From the NCBI GenBank assembly GCA_002633005.1, contig NMRA01000085.1, positions 975,252-1,039,251 of the forward strand: a stretch of 64,000 nucleotides of DNA. The letters are read 5' to 3'. Below the pieces are notes generated by a model that made no database searches, was not told the DNA's origin, and saw only the letters and a program-made list of their open reading frames with translations. This DNA is from Phoronis australis. Lineage: Eukaryota > Animalia > Phoronida. The position numbers were made by a program, and so were the translations under genes. Positions 52,891-64,000 of this stretch are shown here, in pieces; the stretch's first letter is position 1; each line of letters begins with the position of its first letter.

Positions 52891-53401
52891 CTCCGGTTAT
52901 ATGTTTGCAACACAAATTTTTTCATAGCATAACATTTTTTTAAAAAATAAGATAGCTGACTCTGAGAAGTGCTGGTTTAGTATGTGTGAATCTGAAACGT
53001 TACAATATATTTTTTACGACTGTGCGATAATAAAAAAAATTCTGTGCTCGCCAGAAGAAAGTGTTATGATCTTTTTGATATACTTTTTGGCAATATTTCT
53101 AAGTAAAAAGATAAGGTTTTTAAATTGGCTCCAGCTAATACGCACAAAACTCATAACTGTATCAAAAAATCAAAATTACTATACTAACATTTTTAGTTTT
53201 ATCAGGACGTTGAAACATGAAATTTCTTCTTCTGAAAAATGGTAAAACCGAGGAATATAATAAATATTGGAAAGAGTAATCCTCTCTGGTGATCATCTTT
53301 CGCTGCAGCTGAATTGGTGCACTTGCGTGTGCATGTGTGAATGGTTTTCCCCTTTACATCTTTTAATTTTGTATGTATGCTTGTCTCATCCAATTAGTAT
53401 T

Positions 53402-53581
53402 AACAAGAGCAACGCAGAGCGTTGAAATGCGCCCACAATTGCACCGCATACGGTATCCTTCTAGGGTTGTTTATTGGTACCATAAAGTGGCCAGTAGAGG
53501 GCATATATGCAGTATGTTGTACTTTACAAAATGGAAAGGCATGGTCCTTGTCTCCTCAATAGGCTAGGGGCAAAATGTGAG
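53402..53581 (-). mobile_element. HINE-like element 3' end running into the gap
   Basis: AACAAGAGCAACGCAGAGCGTTGAAATGCGCCC is the reverse complement of the 28000-28033 terminus. Confidence 0.7.
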
Positions 53582-54576
53582 NNNNNNNNNNNNNNNNNNN
53601 NNNNNNNNNNNNNNNNNNNNNNNNNNNNNNNNNNNNNNNNNNNNNNNNNNNNNNNNNNNNNNNNNNNNNNNNNNNNNNNNNNNNNNNNNNNNNNNNNNNN
53701 NNNNNNNNNNNNNNNNNNNNNNNNNNNNNNNNNNNNNNNNNNNNNNNNNNNNNNNNNNNNNNNNNNNNNNNNNNNNNNNNNNNNNNNNNNNNNNNNNNNN
53801 NNNNNNNNNNNNNNNNNNNNNNNNNNNNNNNNNNNNNNNNNNNNNNNNNNNNNNNNNNNNNNNNNNNNNNNNNNNNNNNNNNNNNNNNNNNNNNNNNNNN
53901 NNNNNNNNNNNNNNNNNNNNNNNNNNNNNNNNNNNNNNNNNNNNNNNNNNNNNNNNNNNNNNNNNNNNNNNNNNNNNNNNNNNNNNNNNNNNNNNNNNNN
54001 NNNNNNNNNNNNNNNNNNNNNNNNNNNNNNNNNNNNNNNNNNNNNNNNNNNNNNNNNNNNNNNNNNNNNNNNNNNNNNNNNNNNNNNNNNNNNNNNNNNN
54101 NNNNNNNNNNNNNNNNNNNNNNNNNNNNNNNNNNNNNNNNNNNNNNNNNNNNNNNNNNNNNNNNNNNNNNNNNNNNNNNNNNNNNNNNNNNNNNNNNNNN
54201 NNNNNNNNNNNNNNNNNNNNNNNNNNNNNNNNNNNNNNNNNNNNNNNNNNNNNNNNNNNNNNNNNNNNNNNNNNNNNNNNNNNNNNNNNNNNNNNNNNNN
54301 NNNNNNNNNNNNNNNNNNNNNNNNNNNNNNNNNNNNNNNNNNNNNNNNNNNNNNNNNNNNNNNNNNNNNNNNNNNNNNNNNNNNNNNNNNNNNNNNNNNN
54401 NNNNNNNNNNNNNNNNNNNNNNNNNNNNNNNNNNNNNNNNNNNNNNNNNNNNNNNNNNNNNNNNNNNNNNNNNNNNNNNNNNNNNNNNNNNNNNNNNNNN
54501 NNNNNNNNNNNNNNNNNNNNNNNNNNNNNNNNNNNNNNNNNNNNNNNNNNNNNNNNNNNNNNNNNNNNNNNNNNNN
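53582..54576. other. Assembly gap (Ns)
   Basis: Run of N. Confidence 1.
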
Positions 54577-54689
54577 AACTGGATCCTCCCGCGAGAGAAG
54601 CGGCCTCGGGCTCGGCGAGTCAACCCAGTCATCCAACAGACGATCCTGAATTAAGAGCTGATGTTTCTGAATGATAAATATTGTCCTTT

Positions 54690-55163
54690 ATTGAACCAGG
54701 CCTTCATCGTCTCCTGTGACTGGAGTCGAAACGCGAGTCCTCAAAGTGGGCAGAACACAGAGTGGCCCCGGACCGAATCGCTTGGTCCACGATGACGTCC
54801 CACACTCTCGTTCGGCGCACGAAGTCATGTCCCTTCTGCGCAACTTTGGTGTCCTTCGGAACACGGAGACGTTTTCCGCCTGGCTGCTGTTCCTGCAGCC
54901 TCCGGAAACACATCTTTTGATCCCTCTACGAACCTTCTCGACGCTAAATGTACTTTGCATTCTCTTCACTCTATACACTTTGTTTCTGATCCGAACGGTA
55001 TGGCAAACGACTTGGGTTCAACCCATGACGTTGTACATAATAATTATTTTTTTCAATTTTTGCGTGTTTCTTTATGAGCTGTGCACTAAAGGCACTGAAA
55101 TCAAGTAAGATATAATAATAAAATTTATTTTGGGGTACTAGAGTCATGTTGTGTACACTTTAA
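54690..55163 (-). mobile_element. Frameshifted THAP-domain remnant, possibly Kolobok-type transposon end
   Basis: KRCVSGGCRNSSQAENVSVF / PKDTKVAQK.HDFVRRTR...LCSAHFEDS gives the C2CH THAP signature split over two frames. TTAAAG-type end at ~55163 on the minus strand. Confidence 0.65.
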
Positions 55164-57038
55164 AATAAACAGAAAAGGAGACTGCGTGTAATAAAAATAA
55201 ATATGTATTCGTATCACATGGTGCATTTGACGATTCCACCATCGTCCTCTTACAGGCTTGATCAACATAAACCCAAAGGAAGATCACATTTTAAGTAATG
55301 CAGTTCAAATGTTTACATTTTGCGTAAACCCTCGTACATCAACGAGTAACAAAATAACAAAAACCGTGCTGCTGAATCAAAAGCCACACACATACACACC
55401 TTGTCATCTACAGGGATATCTACCATTTTCATCTGATTCTCAAACATCTTAGAACTTTTACAGTGCAATCAGTTTTTGGTCCCTAATTTTTAATGCAAGG
55501 ACTTCAACACGTGTTGGTATTATTTTCCGCACTAAAATGCCATTCTGATACAACATAGATATCGGGACTTTTCCTGGTCCTACACTGTACAGTCTACAGA
55601 AGCAGCCTAAAAAGGAGTTCTGACTACGTGGATACCCATTTGCGAAATGTCACAAATTCATTATGTAATTTGAAATCATTTCAAACGATGTCACCTGAAT
55701 GATCAACATGATTTTACTGAGGCAAATACAAACAATCAAAATTCTCCCCATAGGGGTGTTACACCTGCTGTATTTTATAAATAAACAGTAGGGATAACCC
55801 TGTTTTATCTGACCACATTTCAGTAAAACTGGTCCACGCTGCATTTAATGCAGTGCCAGGGGCCCCGTTTATCAAAGGTCGCGCGTCCGGTTTTAGCAAA
55901 CGCGGTCAAAACTTAGATCTTTCTGGCACCACCGATGTTTACAAAGGAGGTCTTCAAATGTGTGTGAATGTAAAAGCGGTCAAGCCAAGCAAGATTAGTT
56001 TGTAAAGTTGTGCTCTTACTGGAAACGAGCATCGGCATTCCAATGGCTATGACCAAGCGTAGATGTTTGACCTTTGATAAAATGGGCACAACAGTTCTGT
56101 CAACGGGACGAAAAAAAACAAAACAACAGGCCTAGTAATTTCACATAACTATATAAGAGTAGCACTTGTGGCTGCATATTTTCAAAATCACCAGAAGCTA
56201 GGCATCCAATAGACCAGTTTACGATTTCTCAAAAGAGGACGGCGATCCAGAATCGCGGACAGGGAACCTGACAATGGACAGTCAAATTGAACCCTTCTTA
56301 CTTCACTACAGCAGCAATACTAAGCTGAGAGCTCCTTTGATCACCACCTGGTTCCTTGTACGCAACATAACCATGTAGATCTATAGAAAATTTTATAGGA
56401 AATGATAAAACTTACGTCAGAAACATCTTATCACGTGTTTCGTTTTTGATGTCGGGCGATAAAAGCCTGTGACTTCATGTGTGACGTCACCACAACTCGA
56501 GTTGTCCCGTATTACCATCCTTGCCAATTGATAATCATTAACATAAGAAAATAAACAATATGCATTAAAGGGTATGATCATTATTACGGAACGCATAAAT
56601 TCACCGAGACTGGGAGTGTTTTCTTTTTTCAATGTACCAAATATTGTTTACAATTGATGACGTCATACATAAGACCACTGGCTTTTATCACCTGCCGTAT
56701 TTACTAGTGCTCCAGCTGAAATAACTATGGGGAGTTTCGGGATAGAATATTGTTTAGATTTTTTGCTTTTGTTTTTGCTCTTGTTCTATCAAGTACAGGG
56801 GCCAGCGTTTCCTCAATTCGACATGTCCGATATGCGCTAGTTAGCCCAGGTCAATCACCACCACATTGGTTTGCCGTAGAAACTTCCAACCCCTTTACAT
56901 TCTCACGGTTGTCGACGTGACACTCAGTGAGTAATACTTTCTTACCCTGAAACTCCGTGGATTATCACAACTTTAGATTTGTTGATTAGAAAGGGACTCG
57001 TTCAAAATGTGAACGACTGCATGAATGTAAGAATTTAA

Positions 57039-57166
57039 TTATAGTGAAGAAAACGGCCCGAGCTGCTGCGATTTCGCCTTGCGTATTCCGCACACGGTGA
57101 ACGACGGTGCAACTTTCAACGTCTGAGAGTACTTCGGCGAGTAGGTAGCAGGTCCTGGCGTCTTTT
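57039..57166 (-). CDS. STPG3: STPG3-like, terminal exon 5
   Basis: Phase-1 acceptor ttgtag|; EKTPGPATYSPKYSQTLKVAPSFTV..LGPFSSL* contains a SHIPPO PGP..Y repeat. Confidence 0.82.
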
Positions 57167-58144
57167 CTACAAAGGATTTGTAATTAGTTGCGTTTTTATT
57201 AACATTCATGTCATTAAACAGCAGTAAAACACACTCAACGTCCACCGCCAATGATCGACAAATTCTCGAGCGAGTTTTTTGACATGTTATTGCACACGTT
57301 CTTTAGATCTCAAATAATTGTCTTTCTTAGCGCTACATGTAAATTTAGTTTTACTGCAAAAGTTTTGTTAAGCTAAAGGCCATCGATCGCTCCATTTATT
57401 CCAAAAACCATTCTTAACGTTCCTGATCAAGCTCTGCAAATCCCCGTCAAAAAATGTTGCACGAACAACGACTGATCGCATTGTGGCCTTCTGACCCCAA
57501 GTGTTGCTTGATCACGTTACGCTGCGCGTGCACAAGGAGAGGTCTCTTGGTACATACAGAAACAAAGCAGTTTACATACAAGTTCATCGATAAGCCGACC
57601 TTTTCCGGGTTTTGATATTTTGACGAAATACGAAGTTATGTTCCGTGGCAAATAAAATGATGTAGAAAAGGTTAATATGCAGAAAATTAGTAGATTGGAC
57701 GCAGTGGTGGCCTTTACAAAAGTTAAATTCTTAACAGAGATACTAAGTGGCGTTGTCTCACCACGGGTATATTGTAAGCTGGACTTCTGTAACAACAAAT
57801 TTCATTTCTTTCCATGCGCGCACCCAGGGGGGGGGACTCTAGTGAGCCCNGCTTTGCAGTCCAGAAAAATGAATGTCTGAGATCCGCCCCAGCGCGGAAA
57901 CGAACCTGGAGCCCACGTGGTGTCAGCCTTGCGCTCTGCTGTCAGAACTAGATGTCTATCCTACTCAACAATAATTCCCAAAATGTGTTTTTCGTCCGGA
58001 AACCTGACAATGTCCCTTTACTGAATAAATTCAGCTGTGCAGAGTCTGGTAAATCCATTGCTTTTTGCCATTAGAAATGTAGTATTGGGTCGATGGCAAT
58101 GTATGCATAAATATATTCTGTATCTACCACCACAGACTACTTAC

Positions 58145-58388
58145 CTCCTTGAGCAAACAAATGCTTAGTTCTTCTGGGTGTCATGGAAAAGCTTGACGAC
58201 GTCTTGAGCACAAGCCTGTCCGCCCGATGACGTTCGTAATCCCAGGGGGCGGGCTCGGTCACGGCACGGGGCCGGCCAACGTTGAGAGTACTACGCCTCT
58301 CACCTATTGTGAAGGACGGGTACTCGAGCGAGGAGCACTGACGGGGACCTAGCATTGGTTTGATGCGGTAGGACGTCGGAGTCGGCCA
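58145..58388 (-). CDS. STPG3: STPG3-like, exon 4
   Basis: ttttcag| acceptor, |gtaagt donor, phase 0/1: WPTPTSYRIKPMLG..YPSFTIG..EPAPWDY..SSFSM. Confidence 0.85.
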
Positions 58389-59234
58389 CTGAAAAGCGAC
58401 AGACGATGAAAAATAATCGACAGTACAACATCATTTTTAAACGGCCGTTGTTAGTTGAATTTTTTTGCTGTACATAGCAACAACCACTCACGGTATGTGG
58501 TTGAAAAAGAAACTTTTCACTTTTGCGAAACTATTGTGTCGCCATAAGATAACAAAGGGGTATTAACTATACTGTCTTGATTCAGTGACTGACTTTAGTC
58601 ACAAGAAGCGAAGGCCGTGGGGTGGCGCGAGGTGCTTCCAAGGGATGTTGATCGCAGATAGCATAACATTTCACGACTGATTAGGCCTGTCACCTCTTTT
58701 GATTACAGTGAGGTAAGAGACCGTCGACTACTCTAGACAACGGAAGTTTTTAGAAAAACAAAAAAGTTGACGATCGGGAATGATGGAACTCACGGACAAC
58801 AAACTAGAGAAGACCAGTGGAACACGGAACACCGGTCAAAGCACAGGGAAACTGTTGATGAAACCTTGAGGGGGGGGGTTCCGTCCGTTTTTTTCTCCTA
58901 ATTCACGGATGGGGTCGTTATGTAAAATGTCATCGAGTTTATTTTTCATTGCCGAAGTGAGCTGTTTTTACATTTATAAGAAGAAGAATTCTAGTCTGGT
59001 GGGAGGGGGTACTAACCACTATAACACCAACGCTTTTATGAAATGGTTTGCTGTCAATTCCAGTTTGCAACTATCCGTCAGCTGTATCAGTCTAACTTAA
59101 AGTGGTATTGTTTAACTTTTGGATAGCAAGGCTATGTATTTCACAGTTAAATGAAAAAAAAATTACGCCCTGGTACATGCGCACCAAGCGGCAACAGGGT
59201 ACACTATGTACTAGCTAAATTCCAACTGCTTTAC

Positions 59235-59329
59235 CTTTCTGTCTGAGAAGAAATCCACCTTCTGCGTGAATACGTAAGGATTCTGTGTCCATGTTTTCGC
59301 CCAGCTTGTTCGAGAGCCCTCTTTTGTGG
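59235..59329 (-). CDS. STPG3: STPG3-like, exon 3
   Basis: tttag| acceptor, |gtaaag donor, phase 1/0. EGSRTSWAKTWTQNPYVFTQKVDFFSDRK|WPTP resembles the STPG3 GGRRAWQTLW..FTQKADF..KWPSP segment. Confidence 0.85.
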
Positions 59330-59682
59330 CTAAACAAAAACAGTAGTTAATGGCTATCGTATCCAAGCATCAAATTAGTGATAGCAGCCTATGTGCTTCA
59401 AGCATCAATTTAGAGATTTGAGGAAACAATATCGGAAGAAAGCTCAAGACAGCGGTGTGCAGGCTTAAGGACGCACCGTACCCGTCGTTGGTGAAAACCG
59501 TGTAACTGACGGATGTAGGATGTCGCACAGAGCGACCACACTTTTCGAAGGCAAAGTGTTCGACCATCCCTGACAACGACGAATCGCCTCTAAGGCCAAC
59601 GGGCTCCCAGAAGTGAGGGAGTGGAGGAAAATTTGCTTTGAGAACTTTAGACAAGCTTATTAGGGACTGTGTTAAGACATAC

Positions 59683-59900
59683 ATTTCTCCGGCCAGCACT
59701 TCCTTCCGAACGAGTGTGAGGGTGCGTTGGTCTCGTTGAGCGGTTTGTTCAGGGGCGAGTATGTGAAAGGGGTGGGGCCGTCCATGTCAATTCTGAGTGG
59801 TGGGCGGGCTGCCATTGCTTGATCCCACGTGATAGTCTTCTCGCGTCTGATTGGAGATTCATAATACACACTTGGTATCGTGGTTGTTCCAATCTTTCCT
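59683..59900 (-). CDS. STPG3: STPG3-like, exon 2
   Basis: ctttcag| acceptor, |gtatgt donor, phase 2/1: RPPLRIDMDGPTPFTY...APSHSFGRKC. Confidence 0.85.
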
Positions 59901-60027
59901 CTGAAAGTGAACAAAGATTTTTACCTCAAGTTACCATTACTCAAAAACTTGCTCCGTGCGTAAGCAACACCATTAGGTTAAATTTCAGAATTATTGGTCG
60001 TAGACAAGTATAAAAAATTCTCCGTAC

Positions 60028-60329
60028 CTAATAGGGTTGCCAGTGCCCATTTTAACCATTGGCGCGGGATATCGCGACAGAGCAGAGCGACGCGCTTTGC
60101 TCATCTTCAACACCTCGTTGACTATTTCAGGTGGTGGGGACGGAATTCTTGGAATATTGGCTACGTTTGGAGATTTCGGAGGCTCTTTGGAAGACGATCG
60201 CATCTCCTCCTTAAGAGGCGACCTTGTTCTCGTTTCCACGGATATCGGAAACTCGTCTGCTTTCTCTGACGTACTACCATCTTCGACACCAACAGACGTC
60301 TCCAATGACCCATGCTGTTCCACGGCCAT
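60028..60329 (-). CDS. STPG3: STPG3-like, coding exon 1 (spliced CDS 987 nt, 328 aa)
   Basis: ATG at 60329, preceded by an acceptor at 60364-60366; phase-2 donor |gtacgg matches exon 2. Confidence 0.7.
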
Positions 60330-63300
60330 TTAGAAAGCGTTACCGTTATTGTCCAAAGAAAACCTGCAAATGAAAATTTACCGTAATTTTGCACACAATA
60401 GGGCCGACGAGTGAAATGCTATTTTGTCAAATTTCTCCACAAAAATAAAGGATTATGTAGGACTCTACCGACTTGTCAGTGTGTTTAGCCAAAAACCTAC
60501 AAAACTATTGACTTAAGCTGAGTGAAAGTATGTTTTATGAAAGAACAAAGCCTGTAGAATTTGATTTTCGATATTATATACCAATCTGATGTTGATTGAG
60601 TCGCGTGCCCTTGTTTTTTTTTTTTTAAAGCAAAAAAGAAAAGTATCCATCCATAACACGACCAAATTTTGTTAGACATAAATGTGCTTGATGAAATCTC
60701 CGAAATGGAGTTACAGCTTCCGCTTTGTTCAATTTTAGAGTTTCTTTCACAAAAATCATAAATTTTAAATCCTACTTTTGATAGCCGCTCGTGCAAAAGT
60801 GGAAAAGTTAGAAAATAACTCCTAGCAGTGTGTACGGTATCTGAAAGTTTCATAGATATGGTGTTCGGTTGGAGTGTACCTACATAACTTTAAGAAAATT
60901 TTAATCCATGAATAACATGGTTTGTTTTTTTTCTATTATTTCCATTTTTTTAAAACAGCCTTTGAAAAATGACAGTTTTGGCAGTTAGTTTTGAGCGGAA
61001 GTGGAGAGTTGCCGAATTCACGATTCATTCAGTTTCCATTGAATCGCTCGTCTTGGTAGGTTGCCTAATAATACCGGTTACAAAAACAGTCCCAATGTGG
61101 ACTCGACTACGTTCTCTAACTTTTCAGCGCATTTGTAGAGTGATTTATTGACTGTTATACATTTTTCTGCCACTTCATCGTGAGCTCCTCTTTTACATAT
61201 GACATTTTCCAATTATATGTCTGACATCTTAGCCCTTATTATAGTGAAAACTAATAGGGATCAAGTCCTAAAATTAGGGGCGTTGAATGAAAATGTCCCT
61301 ATTTATTTTCAGTAATATTAAAAATTCAACTTATGGTTTACTGTGTATCAAAACTCGACTTAGCAATAAAGATGAAATAGTAGAAGGAAAATCGGTCTGT
61401 GCGTGTAGTCCTCAAATCCACCGAAAATGGCAATATAGCTAGTTCCGCTATTCTGAGGTAAACTTCCACTGGTTTTTATGTACAAATAACGTCCGTTGCA
61501 TAAGCTTCAGTGTCGCTCACAGTATGAGCGTAATCCTAGAACAAAATATCCCGCGAAAAAGTTGCTGCAAGGTTAAAATGTTCGTGTGGTGAGAATAAAT
61601 GCGACGTGGCAACTTAATACGGAGGAGATAACTTACATCGTGATCACCTTGTCAACAACACCAACAAATTGAACGGACTCCGGTTGTTCGATTACTTGAT
61701 AGTTTTTCTAGTTACGGAGGGGACAAATACTGTCAGATAGCCCTATAACCTCTCTGAAGAGTAATGTGATAGCATCACTTCTAAAATCTATTGGTTCATT
61801 TACATGACGTCTACTCGTGTTCGTTCTTCTGCGGGTAGCGCTGGAACGCTGATGGTCGGTGAAATGACAGATCACGGACTGTGTCCTGCCAGTACAAATA
61901 GGCCCCAGGTTGATATTGGTCAATAAAAGACTTTGTACAGTTGGCTAAAAAACTAAAGTAAGCCTATTACTCTCGTCAAATTGGTGACAGTATTCTTTAA
62001 GCCGGGTGATACCATTCCATTTCCGTTACCACCTCAAATCACAGGCATGCGCCATTCTCGAATTCCAAATGTTAGGGTTCGACAACCCCATTACTGCCAA
62101 GCGTCTTTTGAGTCGCACATGGTTTCAACGTTCTTGTTCTGGTGGAAAAGGGATATATAGAATTCTTTCGGAGTAAGGACAGTGAAAAGAAACCTGTGTT
62201 GACAGCCTCACCGGTTGAGATTGGGCAATTAGCTTACACCGGATCGCTTGCCTCCAAATGTGCCGACGATCTTCAAAGAAACCATACAGTTGTATGTAAT
62301 CGCCTGTGGGTGCATGAAGCAGGCTGCTTAGGCAATCATTCTAGCTTGGGTAACTTGTTCTACATATTACGGTTTATAGTGGGGCCAACATATATATAGT
62401 GTTCTCATTAATTCTCGCTTGTGTACTACTTAATGGGCTATTAACAAGGCTCATAAACCAGCAGGCAGCGGTTGGAAATTGAGGTGAACCAAGTTTCATC
62501 TTACAATTCTTGGCATGAATATCGCGAGGCCGATTTAAGCGACAGTAATGGGCTTTCTACTTCAATTTTCATCCTACAGGGCGAAATGCAGTTTTAAGCC
62601 TCCCCTGTGTCACTGAATACTTGATATCAAGTCTGTCTCACCCAGTCGTATGAAAGCAGCAAGCGGCAGACTAATTGACCTAGTTTGCTCACCAACACGC
62701 CGGTCACCTGTAGGCTACTGGCCCAGAAATCAGGTCTACATGGCTTCGGCCACTGAGAAGCAAATCGCGAATTAAGTCATCAAAATCAATGTTTTTACTG
62801 ATGCATAGTTTGTGAAATCCTCTCAATAGATATGTACCAACGTGGCCATTATTAACGCTTCGTGAAGAGAATCAGTGTTGTCCAGTAGTGACGAACTCTG
62901 ACGGAACACAAATGTCTCACCTGTAATGACGTCGCCATCTTGTATCTAGCGAAGCTGTTGTTAAGTTAGAGAATTTTAGGGAGAGCATCTGGAATTCATA
63001 TCTTAGCTATACTTGCTCGTTGTTAAGTCATTTGACTTACACGCACACAGCAAAATAATATAGAATACTCCTTATTTGTTAGTATTAGTGGATTAAACAG
63101 GTTGGAAAAGCTGTAGAAAAAGGTAAGTAACGAAACAAAATTAACAATAGAACACCCTAAGCGATAACGGAACTAGAGTCTAACATTTCTTATTGTGTCG
63201 CCAATACGTCTCTTTTGTTGAGCCTCTAAATCTCGCATTGACCATGAACCTGTATAGAGTTCAGAAGACCTCGCTAAAGTCTAGCCAAAATCATTTGAAA

Positions 63301-63814
63301 TACACTACTATGTCTCACGTAATCTCGATAATTCTTGGTTTTTAGCAAGGTCCTAGCCGGTTACTAAACGGCCTGGCGGTTTGTCACCCCGTCTCTCGAC
63401 TGCCACTAAGTTGGTCGGAACTGAAAGTCAAGAACGGTGATTTTTTAATTCACTAACGAAAAAATGATTAAACGACTACCATGAGTTCTACTGGACCTTT
63501 TCATAGAGGTTCTAATTGATTACATTTCACAAAGAAATATACCGGTATTAGTCAACTCACGAAAAACTCATTCGCAAAGGAGTGACGCGTGAATCGTACA
63601 TGCTCCACCTGTCGGTACGAAGGTCTCGGTATGTGGAACTTCTTAGCACAGAGGTCTATTTTCCATCTTATCACCAGTTACTACAGGCACTGCGACAGTG
63701 CACATCAATGAAACGACAGGACAGCACCACAATAGAAAGAAAAGAAGCAGAAGTGGCGCCGGAAGGAACGTATGCAAAACGGGACGTCTCTAAATATATT
63801 AAACATTCCGTGAT

Positions 63815-64000
63815 CAGGGGCGGATCTACGTTTTCAGTAAGGGGGGGGTTTAGGATTCCCGCAAAGGTCGAATCCTAGGCGCGTGGCGCCGAGAGGGGGG
63901 GGGGGGTCGGGAGGGGGGGTTTCCCCCCCTCCGTGTAAAACAATTTTTTGTTTTTGTAGCCAAATAGTGAAATTTCCATGCATCCTGGTAAGTTTCTGGC
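63815..64000. mobile_element. Left end of a CAGGGGCGGATC-type MITE, cut by the window edge
   Basis: CAGGGGCGGATC is the reverse complement of the GATCCGCCCC(TG) ends at ~46818, ~49261 and ~57890. Confidence 0.5.

Noticed and set aside
53507-54674. Four long ORFs of 358-380 aa
   Set aside because: Artefacts of translating the N gap.
62900-63040. Candidate STPG3 promoter with RFX X-box-like half sites and a minus-strand donor at ~62920
   Set aside because: Matches are too weak to distinguish from chance without transcript data.

Overview
Eukaryotic (invertebrate metazoan-like) genomic DNA from a heterozygous draft assembly: AT-rich, GT-AG introns, single-N joins flanked by near-identical duplicated segments, and one ~1 kb N gap. 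I reconstructed three protein-coding genes by hand. (1) A + strand, 9-coding-exon PH + IRS-type PTB docking protein of the IRS/DOK class (6794-39072, ~825 aa after removing an assembly duplication) with YxxM and YxN motifs. (2) An intronless - strand bHLH + HMG-box gene matching MEIOSIN/BHMG1 (44489-45862). (3) A - strand 5-exon STPG3-like sperm-tail PG-rich repeat gene (57039-60329). Introns and intergenic DNA hold many decayed mobile elements: a BEL/Pao LTR element, Penelope-like fragments with hammerhead-like motifs, IS3EU, a THAP/Kolobok-like remnant, pogo-like fragments, hAT and Harbinger-like MITEs, and a Helentron/HINE-like element. The most unusual structures lie in intron 4 of the adaptor gene: a ~6.6 kb diverged fold-back palindrome with nested insertions, and a transposon-borne array of ~10-11 co-oriented CTCF-consensus motifs. 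All family assignments come from motif recognition by eye; no database searches were run.
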